Assembly (NCBI GenBank): GCA_043228905.1
Contig: JBHGNT010000008.1
Coordinates: 13,392,001-13,456,000 of the forward strand
From: Azolla caroliniana
Taxonomy: Eukaryota > Plantae > Polypodiophyta
Reading direction: 5' to 3'
DNA length: 64,000 bases
The notes beneath the pieces are model-generated. The model did not search any database and was not told the DNA's origin. It worked only from the letters and a program-made list of their open reading frames with translations. The translations under genes were made by a program, and so were the position numbers. Below, piece after piece: positions 13,361-24,600 of this stretch (positions within the stretch are counted from its first letter, which is position 1; each line of letters begins with the position of its first letter).

Positions 13361-14249
13361 GTACTAGAATAAAAATCATCAAATTACCATCAACACATAG
13401 CAAATCATCACATTGCATGTACAAGCCATGTCAAACAGACAAAAACCCTAAATAGTCGGAAGAAAACTCATCTATGTCTAACACATACAAATTAAAAACA
13501 GACAAACAGCAAACAACAAACACAGAGAAAACGAAAACATACCAACAAAACGAAAACATAGCAACTCAGCATAGCCAACTCCATCTAAGTTGCATGTACA
13601 AACCATGTCAAACACGCAACCACCCTAAACAGTCAGAAGAAAATTCATCCATGTCAAACACATACAAATTAAAAACAGAGATACAGGAAACACAGAGAAA
13701 ATGAAAACATACTAGTTGGGCATGCAACTCATAGACTATGAATAATCAAAACCGAAAAATGCCCATACACATACAAATTAAAAACAGACAGATAGGAAAC
13801 AAAGAGAAAATGATAACATACCAGTTGGAGGCAGATGGAGCCAAGGTCGAAGGTAGAGGTACCACACCTTCAGAGCACACCAAGACGTCAAAATCACCTA
13901 TATGCAAGAGGTTGTTGACGAGGCTGTTGCAGAGGAGACAAACGAGCATTAACAGAGGAGACAAACGAGCATACACAAGGAAAGAAAATCAACAACAAGA
14001 ACATCAATCCGGGGAAACAGAAATCTCTGCATATACAGAGACAGAGATTGAACCTGGCACAGAGGGGAACACAACAACAACTACGCGGGGAAACAGAGAA
14101 TCAAAGGTGGAGTGAGAGAGAGAAACAAAAAGAAAGAAAGAAACAGAGATTCAAAGGTGGAGTGAGAGAGAGAAAGAGAGAGATAGGTAATAGATATGTG
14201 TCGTCTTTCTAACTTTCTGCCTCTATCTATGTGACAACTTCGAGACAAA

Positions 14250-14280
<31 letters not shown>

Positions 14281-14448
14281 AAGAAAGAAAGATATATTAA
14301 CGTCTTCTAAGGCCAAATTTGGCCCATGAGACAAATAGGTTACAACAAAAGATGAGTGTTTATCCAATCATCAAAACTAAAAATAAAAGAAAATAGCTTA
14401 AGCTAAGAAAGTTCTAGTAGTGTACAAAACTTTGCACCAAGCCTAATC

Positions 14449-17400
14449 TCATTTCCACCCAAGTCTCTCAAAAAGAAGTGGGAGGTCAAAAGTTTTTGGT
14501 GTGGGTGTGACCCATGGTCCCGATGCATAGAGTGCCCTAGCCATGGCTTCTAGGCGGTGTAGTTCACGTTCCCTTATTTTCTTTATTGCTTCTACATCTC
14601 GTCGAGTTGCTTTGAAACCCGGCATCCGAGGGCGTTTGGTTCTTCTTTGATTTTCTGCTTCATCAAGGAGAAGTCCGAGTGGTACAGGTGTGTCGACATT
14701 CATTGTCTCCCCCTGTTCCTGAAAAACTTCATTTGTTATATGTTGGTAAACATTAGCAACATTATTATCAACGTTTTGTAATTTGTTCTCTCTGTGGTGT
14801 TTCAATTCTAAGATGTATCTACCTAATTTCTTTATATCTAGTGTATCTAATAGTTTAGGGAGGGTGGGAGAGGAACCAAGTATGTCTTGGTATTTTGCCC
14901 TTATCTCGGCATAGGTGGGGCATTTGCATGTAAAATGGTACTCATCCTCTATCTCTATGTGGCATAACCTACATATCCTTTCCTCCCTAGGGACTCCATT
15001 AGTACGTCCATTCTCAATCTCAAGTTGGTGAGATGATATTCTAAGTTGACCAATGGCAACCCTTAGTGCATGTGGTAAGAATACATCTAGATATTTTGGG
15101 CGCGTGATAAAACCTAACTCAGAGAAGTGCATAAAGTGTTCTTTATAGTACGACATTTTAGATGGGAGTGGCTCTAGTGGGGTGATCCATTTATACCGGG
15201 TATAAATTTGCCATATTTCTTGGCGTATTACTTTATTACGGTCCTCATGAGAGAGTAAAGTGTTATCATTCGTGTGGTCGTACTTAAGGGGGGGGAGGTT
15301 AGTAATGTCTAGACCGTTGGCAAGAAGCCAACTCACCATCATGCCATACCATGAGCTAGTATAGCCGGACTCATACAATGCTCGAGAAGCCTTAAAGGCT
15401 TGGTGGGATATTCTATCAAGTGGTTGGTTATGTATCCTGTGTATAAAGACTACCAGTTGAAAAAGTGCTTCTACTAACATAGGGGGTAGAGTGAACTCAG
15501 CCCTAATAATGTCATGTGGGACCGACGATTTGCTTCGGAGTTGGCGTGATAACATCATCACCAATGGTCTCTCTAATTGCGTCCACATGAAAGATGGTAG
15601 TCCTGGGGCCCAAACCGCTGATGCATACATGAGAGAGGGAGTCACTAATGAGTCAAAGAGCCACCCTTTAGTTCGTGGCTCTTGGAAGTATGCTTGGTGG
15701 CATTGTCTCTCGAGGAGTGAGAGGGATGCATGTCCTCTTGTAAGTCTATCCTTCGCTGCTTGTGTCATCGAAAATTTACCTGAGCGGGCACTGAAAGTGA
15801 CTCCGAGATAGACATATGATCCAACCACCTCAACTGGGCTATGGGAGATAGTTAGGTGACACTTAGCCCTAACTTGGGCCGACGTGTGGAAGATAAGGAC
15901 TTTAGTTTTCCCTAGATTCACTACCAATCCTCGTTGTGTGCAAAAGTCATCTAAGGCATTAAGGTGCCTTTGTAGGTCGTGTTCGGATTCAGAGAGCAAA
16001 ACTATGTCATCTGCATAGAGCAAGATACGCACCTGCGTATCTCCAAGGACTACTCCATTGCCTCCCTTACGAGCAATAAAATCTGTGATCTCATCAATGT
16101 AGATCCCAAAAAGAGTCGGAGATAAGGGGCAACCTTGTTTTACACCAATAGTGCTAGTGAAACTATCGGATATGCCGCCTGGGCATCGAACACACCCAGA
16201 CACTTGTTCATATAGTGCGTAGATGGCCCAAACCATGTCATCTGGTATCCTCAAGCTCTTAAGCCTATCAAACAACCGCTCTCTAGGGACCGTGTCAAAG
16301 GCTTTGCGGAAGTCCACAAAACAACAATATAGTTTCTTCTTGCGAGCCTTAGTCTGGTCAATTAAGCATCTAAGTGTGAAGATATGGTCAATAGTGGAGA
16401 AGGCTCGTCTAAAGCCGGCCTGTTCAGGTGCACGAAGATTTAAGGTCTCCATATACTCGCTAAGCTCTGCCTCCATTACTGCACCATATAATTTAGCAAG
16501 GGTATGACCTATCATAATGGTCCTATAAGTATTTGGGTCCATGGGGTCCCCCCCCTTATGTATGGGGGCCACTGTGTTCATGGTCCATTGTGATGGAAAA
16601 CCCTCTGCAAGGGCACGATTGAAGATTAGAGTTAGTAAGGGAGCTAGGCACTCTCTCGCGTATATGATGTGTTCTGCTCGCAACCCTGTGTGGTCCATGG
16701 ACTTCCTATGTTGTAATTTCTTTATGACCTTCGTGACCCTAGAGGTTGTGAAGAGTGTCCCCACAGTAGGTCGGGGTGTGGAAGGCATTGGAATGGGTGG
16801 TTGGTTTGGGATGTGGTAAAGTCTCTCTGTATAAGTGTGCCAAGTTTCGGGATCTTCGATGGGTGTTTGTGGTCTTGGTTCCCGTAATCTCTTCCATGCA
16901 GTGGCACAATCGTTACTCATGAGCATGTGGTAGAGTTCCCAATATTGGGATGCCTCCCATGCTCGTCTCTTACGACGTGTCATCTTGCGCATTTCTTTAC
17001 GAGCTTGTACTGAGGTAATACTACCACTGAGTTGCGATATTGTAAGTTGTCGATGTAAGCACCTACAATCCTCATCATACCATCTATTTTGTGGCATAGA
17101 TCCTACTTTACCTTGATTGGAGTGTTTCGTGTATGGGAAGCTGCTAACCGCTGCAGAATGAAGGATGTGTGTGAGTTTCGTATTAAGGCTCTCTAAAGGT
17201 AGGGAGGGATCAAGGGAGGAGAGATGGGCTTGAACATGTCGAGCATATATGTCAGAGAGCTCATGTGTGAAATGTATTGTGATGTCATGGCGTGGTTGAC
17301 TAGAGTTGGTGACGTTAGAGATATCGCATTTTATCTCGAAGTATAAGAAACTATGGTCCGCGCCAATAGGACATGGGGTCACTCGGAAGGAGTTAATCAT

Positions 17401-18192
17401 GTGGGTGGCTTCAGGGCGTCCTATTAGATAATCGACTGTGCTTTCCCCTCCTCCATGTGGGAAACATGTGAGCTCTTCCGAACCTGGCCACTTGGCTAAA
17501 CCATTATATATGACCATCTGGTGCCGACTACCGAGTTCGAGCAAATGATGGCCAAAGCTCGTGGCGTCTGCACCTTGATCCTTTGATTTACGTGTGGTGT
17601 CTATGTCTGAAGGATCGACATTTACCATTTCTAGGTTTCTATTCATTTGAAATATTGTGCATTGTCGGGATTGGGTTCTCGCATTAAAGTCTCCTACAAG
17701 GAATACTTCGCCTTGGGAAGAATATCGGATTATGTCATCCGATAGAGGTTCATATGGGGAAGGCCCATGTGGCACTCCGTCATCAACTGATCTCGCCTCG
17801 CCAGCCAGATTATAACGAGAGCCTTTTGGGGGGAAGTAACAAATGGCGAAAATTACTGCCTTGTCCTTGCTTGTGGAGACTTTCACCCACATAAAACGAG
17901 CTTCTGGGTCAGTGCTCAGTATTTCTATCCTATTATGTAGCTCCCTCCGAAACAATATTGCGACACCTCCAGATCCCCTGGTAGTGCATCGACGTGAGGT
18001 TTGTCTAAAAGCCGACTCCCAACGAAATCCTTCGACTCGTGGGAGTCCCCTATTTGGGCTTTGGTGTGTTTCTACTAGGCAAACTATATCTGATTCCTTT
18101 AATATCCCCTCTAGGCGGCCGGGGTGTGTCCAGAGTGCGCCGTTACAATTCCATAAGGTCATCCTAAGTGTGTTTTCTGTCACATGGGCCAC
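14449..18192 (-). CDS. LINE ORF2: AP endonuclease, reverse transcriptase and C-terminal zinc finger (1247 aa, intact)
   Basis: APE motifs WNCNG, ETH, GDFNART, VDY, DH. RT motifs DFRKAFD, GVKQGCPLSP, YADD. C-terminal LRISSHQLEIENGR...CRLC..EDEYHFTCKC. Confidence 0.95.
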   Translation of the reverse strand: MAHVTENTLRMTLWNCNGALWTHPGRLEGILKESDIVCLVETHQSPNRGLPRVEGFRWESAFRQTSRRCTTRGSGGVAILFRRELHNRIEILSTDPEARFMWVKVSTSKDKAVIFAICYFPPKGSRYNLAGEARSVDDGVPHGPSPYEPLSDDIIRYSSQGEVFLVGDFNARTQSRQCTIFQMNRNLEMVNVDPSDIDTTRKSKDQGADATSFGHHLLELGSRHQMVIYNGLAKWPGSEELTCFPHGGGESTVDYLIGRPEATHMINSFRVTPCPIGADHSFLYFEIKCDISNVTNSSQPRHDITIHFTHELSDIYARHVQAHLSSLDPSLPLESLNTKLTHILHSAAVSSFPYTKHSNQGKVGSMPQNRWYDEDCRCLHRQLTISQLSGSITSVQARKEMRKMTRRKRRAWEASQYWELYHMLMSNDCATAWKRLREPRPQTPIEDPETWHTYTERLYHIPNQPPIPMPSTPRPTVGTLFTTSRVTKVIKKLQHRKSMDHTGLRAEHIIYARECLAPLLTLIFNRALAEGFPSQWTMNTVAPIHKGGDPMDPNTYRTIMIGHTLAKLYGAVMEAELSEYMETLNLRAPEQAGFRRAFSTIDHIFTLRCLIDQTKARKKKLYCCFVDFRKAFDTVPRERLFDRLKSLRIPDDMVWAIYALYEQVSGCVRCPGGISDSFTSTIGVKQGCPLSPTLFGIYIDEITDFIARKGGNGVVLGDTQVRILLYADDIVLLSESEHDLQRHLNALDDFCTQRGLVVNLGKTKVLIFHTSAQVRAKCHLTISHSPVEVVGSYVYLGVTFSARSGKFSMTQAAKDRLTRGHASLSLLERQCHQAYFQEPRTKGWLFDSLVTPSLMYASAVWAPGLPSFMWTQLERPLVMMLSRQLRSKSSVPHDIIRAEFTLPPMLVEALFQLVVFIHRIHNQPLDRISHQAFKASRALYESGYTSSWYGMMVSWLLANGLDITNLPPLKYDHTNDNTLLSHEDRNKVIRQEIWQIYTRYKWITPLEPLPSKMSYYKEHFMHFSELGFITRPKYLDVFLPHALRVAIGQLRISSHQLEIENGRTNGVPREERICRLCHIEIEDEYHFTCKCPTYAEIRAKYQDILGSSPTLPKLLDTLDIKKLGRYILELKHHRENKLQNVDNNVANVYQHITNEVFQEQGETMNVDTPVPLGLLLDEAENQRRTKRPRMPGFKATRRDVEAIKKIRERELHRLEAMARALYASGPWVTPTPKTFDLPLLFERLGWK

Positions 18193-18198
18193 ACGCCG

Positions 18199-18411
18199 TC
18201 AATTAGTAGTGCGATCATTTATGATCACTCGCCCATCTCGATAAAAGGCGCGATGCCCGTCTTTGCGAGCTTGCATAACCTTTGGCATACAACTCTTGCG
18301 ATGCTCAATTTGCATCTTGGTGAGGTCTTCATCGAGATAGATAGGGTCCCCACCCAATCCTCGAAGAATTGGTCTCTTCTTAAAGAAAGTGATTCTAGAG
18401 TCTAAGTCTTT
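18199..18411 (-). pseudogene. LINE ORF1 C-terminal remnant
   Basis: PIYLDEDLTKMQIEHRK...AFYRDGRVIIN resembles LINE ORF1 C-termini; it is in the same frame as ORF2. Confidence 0.7.
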
Positions 18412-18675
18412 AAAGAGAGAGAGAGGGAGAGAGAAAGAGAGACTGACCAACTATCACATTCCAAACCTTCTCCAGGTGTGCTTTCGTACAACTCTACCTA
18501 GGAGAATGAAGTTACAATTAATGTATTAAATACGGCCTTGGGACATTTCGAGTGTGACGTAATGAATTTGTTATTTGAAATTGAACACCATTCAATAGAT
18601 GATAATTGTTTTATTTTCAATTTTTAATGTTTATTTTCTTCCTCGATTTAGTACTAAATTTTTGGCCAAAAGTTG

Positions 18676-18699
18676 GTACACCGTAGCATGCTTCGACCC
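18676..18699 (-). repeat. Right TIR of the Sola2-like element
   Basis: gtacaccgtagcatgcttcgaccc, followed by TSD tgtg. Confidence 0.92.
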
Positions 18700-21600
18700 T
18701 GTGTGAATCTTCACTAGAGCAAACTCCTTTTCTTCTAGTTTCTCTCGGGGCCAATGATATCTTCTCTAGATGTGTTTGAACCTAGAGTGGTAGGCAGAAT
18801 TTTTTGCAAGGTGGATGACACTCTGGTTATCGCAATGGAGTTGGAATTCCTCCTACTGAATTCCCAGCTCACCGAAAAATTCCTTCATCCATATGATTTC
18901 CTTTCCGGCTTCGAGTGTGGCCATATATTCAGCTTCCGTGGGCAATAGTGCCACGACCTTTTGCAACCTTGACTGCATTGAAACAACTCCCCTTGCATAA
19001 GTCATTACATACTTGAACGTGGATCAGCTAGTATCCACATCAGTCAACATGTCCGAGTCAGTATAACCTTTCAGTGTGGGGTTACCTGAACCGAAACGAA
19101 GACACACGTACGAGGTGCCTTTTAGGTATTGAACTATCCAGTTCAGGCCATCCCAATGCTCTCTTCCGGGGTTGCTCATATATCGGTTAACCACGCCGAC
19201 TGTGTATCCTATGTCCGGCTTGGTCCATACCATTACATACATCAGGCTTCCAACCGTTGAGGCATAAGGGACTTTTGACATCTTGGCTTTCTCGATTTTC
19301 GATTTCGGACATTGTTCTTTGCTTAGCTTGCAGTTCATTGGCAATGTCGAGTCGACTGGTTTCGCGCTTTCCATGCCGAATCTTTGGAACACCTCTGTCA
19401 CGTATTTTTTCTTGTGACAGCCACAACAATTTCTTTGTTCGATCCCGAACAATGTGCATCCCCATGATTTGCTTTGCTGGACTCATATCCTTCATTGAGA
19501 ACGATCTTGTCAAGGCTTTCTTCACCAGTCGGATCTTCGTATGGTTCCGTCCGACAATCAGCATGTTGTCAATGTACAATTGGAGGATGAGGAAATCTCC
19601 TCGATCGAATTTCTTCACAAATATGCAGTGATTGGGCTACGTTTAGTGGTACCCGTTGTCGATCATGAAGGATTCGAATTTTCGGTACCATTACCGAGGA
19701 GCTTGCTTCAATCCGTACAAGCTCTTCCTCAATCGACACACCAGATTTTCTTTACCTTTTTCCACAAATCCTTTCAGCTAGTGCATATATATCTCTTCTT
19801 CCAAATCTCCATGGAGGATGGCAGTCTTGACGTCCAGTTGTTCGACTTCGAGATTGATGTTGTCCGCGATGCTCAGCACAGTTTAGATTGATGTCATCTT
19901 TATGACTGGGGCAAATATTTCGCCGAAATCAACACCCTTCTTCTGTAGAAAGCCTTTCACGACGATTTGTGTTTTGTACGTGGGTGGATTCCCGCCATCT
20001 CCTGGTTTTAACTTGTATACGCATTTATTCCGAAGTGCCTTCTTTCCTCTCGGCAGTTCCGTCAGTTCATATGTGTGGTTCTCATGCAAGGAATCCATGT
20101 CCTCTTGCATGGCACTCAACCACTTTCGGTTGTGGGTATCTTCCTTAGCTTCTTCAAAGCTTTCCGGCTCCCCCTCATCGGTTAGCAGTACACACTCTTC
20201 ATCTGGAAATCTTCGGGGGGCCCTCCTTTCTCTTAGGGGGTATCTTCGGCCTCCATTCGGCACTGTCGGTTCTTCTTCGACTTCTTCGGCCGATTCAAAT
20301 TCAGTTCCTTGTTCAGCCGTTTCCCCTCGTTCTTCAGTCAGTTTTCGATTTTGCCGAGTATTAACTCGGTCGACTGGCTCAGATTTGATTTCAATCGAAT
20401 CGGCTTCTACTCGATTCAGCCGAGCATCCACGCGATTCGATTCGGTAGTTGGAGACATATTCTCAATCTCCCAGTCGACTATTGTCTTTTCCTCCATGAA
20501 GACAATGTCGCGGCTCCTAATCACTTTCTTCTCGGCTAAGTCCCATAGCCGATAGCCAAATTAATCATTGCCATTGCCAAAAAATATGCATGGCCGAGAT
20601 TTCGGGTCCAACTTCCCCCCCTTTGCTCCTTTGCCACATGCACATAAGCAAGACAGGCGAACACCCTCAAATGTCGGTACGATACGTCTTTGCCACTCCA
20701 CAACGTTTGTGGAATATCATTGTCCACGGGTACTGAGGGTGATCGGTTTTATCACGTACGCTACCGTCATCAACGCCTCAGTCTAGAACATCTTCGGTAA
20801 CTTAGCATGTGCAAACATACATTAGACCCTTTCCATTACGATCCGGTTCATTCTCTCGGCCAACCCATTAAGCACTGGTGTCTTCGACATGGTATACTTG
20901 AGCCGAATTCCTTGATTTCGGCAGTATTCCTCAAACGGTCCACCAAACTCTCTGCCATTGTCCGCTAGGACTGCCTTTAGTTTTCGTCCGGTTTCTCTCT
21001 CGGCCCTCGCTTGGAACTCTTTGGAGATGGATAACACTTGATCCTTCGTCTTTTGCATGGAAACTTCTGGCTATAGTCATCAATGAAGGTCACGAAATAC
21101 TGTGAACCACCATGTCACTTCATGTCCACATAGCATACATCCGTATGCACGAGTTCCAACGGCATTTTCTTCCTCATTGGGAGCCTTGTTCGGAAGGATG
21201 TTTGATTCTGTTTACTAGCCAAGTAGACAATGCACTTCTAAAGTTGCACCTTCTACACCTCCGGAATGAGGTTGTCCTCGGCAAGCTTTCGCATCCCCTT
21301 TTAGCTCATATGGCACAACCTCCTGTGCCACAGTTCACCGACCGTGTCAGCTGCCACGTTTGCTTCCCCTTAGCATATTCGAGCATTCATTATGTACAGT
21401 GTGTTGGTTTTCCGGGCTTGAGCCACCAGCAAACTTCCCTTGCAGAACATCATGACACCGTTCTGGATGCTACCCGTGTAGCCTTCATCATCTAACCGAC
21501 TAGCTGATATTAGGTTCAATCGAACATCCGAAATGTGTCGTACATCTCTCAACACGAGTCTGAACCCGATTGAGGTTTCCAAACACACATCACCAATGAT

Positions 21601-24600
21601 GATGATTCGGCATGCTCCTTCATTTCCGATCTTCACAGATCTTAGATCTCCGGCTTTGAAGGATGAGAAGCACTTTCGGTCAGGGGTTAGGTGAAATGAG
21701 GCACTCGAATCGACCACCCATGTCGATTATTCGCCTGCGAGATTCCCTTCGTTTTGCTCACTAACGAGCAACAACTCCTCACTCGCGGGGATTGTTGAGG
21801 TGTTCTTCCTGTCTAGGATTTTGTTCGGCTCTACACCATCAGCTCCGCCTTTCTCCTTTCGAAAGTGTCGGCAGTTTTTCTGGAAGTGCCCCGACTTCCC
21901 ACCATAGAACCACGTGGGCCTCCCCTTCGACTTCGACTTGGTCCCCAAATTATCTCGATTCTAGGGACTTCGATTTCGGCCGCTTCCCGGAATCGTGTCA
22001 CCTTCTGTGACTGAGGCCTTCTGGTTGGTATTAGACTCATGGTCCTTCTGGCAAGCTTCTTCATTCAGCAAGCTCGACTTCACCTTCTCTAGGGATAGAA
22101 GCTTCCCTTTCGGCCTGGCGTTGCCCAATGTGACAACAAGTGTCTCCTAGCTGTCCGGAAGGGATCTCAACCACAGTAATGCTAATACCTCGTCGGCTAG
22201 AGGTACCTCTAGAGAGGTAGTTTGGTTCATTAATCCTTGGAAGGCATTGATGTGCTCCGCCAAACTAGAGCCTCCCGATTTTTCAAAATACCGAGACTTG
22301 GTTCACGACGTTCTTGTTTTCGAACATGATGCCGATATTCTTCCATAGGACGTCTGCTTCTGTTTCTTTGCCGAAGTTGTTGTATAGAATCATGTATATA
22401 AAACACCTTATATATGTGGTCGCCTTTAGATGCAACACTTCCCAAGTCGCTGCATTGATCTTGCCTGGTCTTTTATCTCCAAACTACACCGACAACCAGA
22501 GGTCTTTGCACACGAGCATGTCTCTCATCTTCGACTTCCACATTGAGTAATTGGAGCTGGTTAGCTTAAACATGCCGCCGAACAAGTCTTCCATCGCTTT
22601 GATACCACTTTAACAGGAATTGACCAGCCACAACCAGTTGCACGTTCGTATTCGGATGTAGAAACCAAATGCTAGTACACATACAGAAAAACGTGAAGAC
22701 ACAGAGACACGGATATTTCACGTGGAAAACCCAAAATGGGAGAAACCATGGGGGGTTCACAAACCTCGAGAAAAAAAATCACTATGGTAGAGGGGAAGTA
22801 CAATACGAAACGTGGAGGTAATGACCTCGAGTTCTCCTTCGTTTGACAGACGACTACAGAGTTACACTTTCACTCTCTCACTCTCTCACTCACGATTACA
22901 GAGACAACTACCTTGTTCTAAATTTACAATAATTGATGTACAACATAAAGTTTGCCTTAGTTACTTATAAACAAAAGCAACTTTCTGGCTATATACAAGT
23001 ATAGCCCCCAAGAGGCATTTTAAACTATTTACAATTATAGTCTTCCGAAACGATTTCGGTTGTCGATTTCGGATTGGATTTGGATTTGGATTTTGATTTT
23101 GATTTTGATTTCAGCTTCGATTTTAGTTTCCCAACACATCTAGTATTAGAGCTTGATGTTCTCGATTTTGCTGCCGTCGTCCACTTTGTCTCCATCAACA
23201 ACTCTTCTTCTGTACACCGTGAAGATCTTGGGTGACAACTCTCTACAAGACCGTTTTTCGTAAAGAGAAACACCGACAAAATTTGGACTCCACTATTCTA
23301 AATCACCATTCAAGTGAGCCAATCGGTTGCACTTCACTCCTATGATTGTAGGCGCTTGGAGTGAGATTTCGCTTCACAAGATCTACCTTACCCGTACTAC
23401 ATTGGATTAGACAACAATCGAGTAGGTCACCTAACGCTAGTCACTCGCTTGTCGTAATCACTCGTAGTTGTCTGGGCTCTAGGAACAACCCTCTTTCGTG
23501 CTTCATCCGGCTAGACAATACTCAGAAAGATTAGCTGAATTTGTTCTTCTCATTGTCGTAGTCACCTAAAGCAGGATCGGTCTGGATAATCGACACATAC
23601 TCGGTGTTGGGAAATCTCGAAAATCTATTCGAAATCGAATCGAAATACTCGGGTCCAACTCTACTCGGCTAGTCAGCCGTAGTCACTTTGGATCGAGCCT
23701 CCCGAATTTCGAATCAGATTCGGCTTGTCCTCAAAATTGACTAGAATGAATTCGGGTGAGCCACTCTACTGCACCCAACCACTGTTCGTAGCCAACCCCG
23801 AACAAAGCCTCCCAAATTCGACATAGATGGCATCAAGATTTGGCTCGTTAGAGATGAATCTATGGAAGTTTGACGGATCGAACTTCAACTTCTGGAAGGA
23901 ACAGATGCAAGACAATCTAATAGTCAAGGGCCAAATCGACCCCATTGAAAACGAAAATGCTCCAGAAGGATACAAGCCGCTTGAATGGGAGAAGCTCGAC
24001 AAAATTGTTCGAACCACTATTCAGATGCACCTATCAGAAACTGTGTACTTTATGGTGCAATCGTGTTTGACTGCCTTCCAACTATGGAAGACACTTTTGG
24101 ACACTTACGAAGAAAAGGTAGCCGCTACGAAGATATATTTGATATGATGCCTTTATAACCTTCTGATGAAATAATTTGATTCGGTCTAGGCACGCCTCAA
24201 CGAGTACGAAAGTATGAGCTCCCAAATTTCTGCTTAGGGGACGACTATCAAGGATGAACTAAGAGTAATGTTGCTTATGAGTAGCCTGCCCCCTTCGTGG
24301 GAAAACTTTCGTCACAACCGTGTGCAACACATCGACTATGACCGTTAAAAACTCCTCAGTCATGGGCACAATTCTAACTGAAGCAGCTCGGAGGAAATCA
24401 TATGCAAATGATTCGGCCAATAACGCGTATGTAGTACAAGGTTCGACCGACCGATCGAACAATCGAGGAAGAGGTTCTGTGACCGGCATGAGGAGGTCAA
24501 TTACGTCGGCTCTGCGGCCGAAATACTGTTGAGCGAGCCGAAAATACTATCCATTGAGAACCAAGTTGAATGAAAATTCTGCTTACGACAGAGGAATTGA

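Larger units (their letters stand above)
14262..18411 (-). mobile_element. 5'-truncated LINE, RTE-X-like, inserted in a (GA)n tract
   Basis: ORF1 C-terminus plus full ORF2. 3' tail (TTTC)n(TC)n. Probable TSD aaagagagagagag at 14248-14261/18412-18425. Confidence 0.85.
2354..18699 (+). mobile_element. Large Sola2-like DNA transposon (about 12.2 kb without the LINE insertion)
   Basis: 24-bp TIRs GGGT(G/C)GAAGCA(C/T)GCTACGGTGTAC at 2354-2377 and 18676-18699 (22/24 match). 4-bp TSD TGTG (2350-2353/18700-18703); removing the element restores the copia RNase H sequence. Transposase motifs DFAENY, SDG..SQFK, GHGKGEHDG. Confidence 0.88.
1718..23136 (-). mobile_element. Ty1/copia element B (decayed), interrupted by the Sola2-like transposon
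   Basis: LTRs 22611-23136 and 1718-2238. TSD catct (1713-1717/23137-23141). Met PBS at about 22596-22607. PPT at 2239-2250. gag-PR-INT-RT fragments at 18700-22590. RNase H KIHT|TENG is split by the DNA transposon. Confidence 0.92.

Noticed and set aside
2354-18699. CACTA, hAT or Mutator assignment
   Set aside because: GGG termini, a 4-bp TSD and DFAENY/SDG/GHGKG-DG motifs do not fit these superfamilies, whose TSDs are 3, 8 and 9-11 bp.
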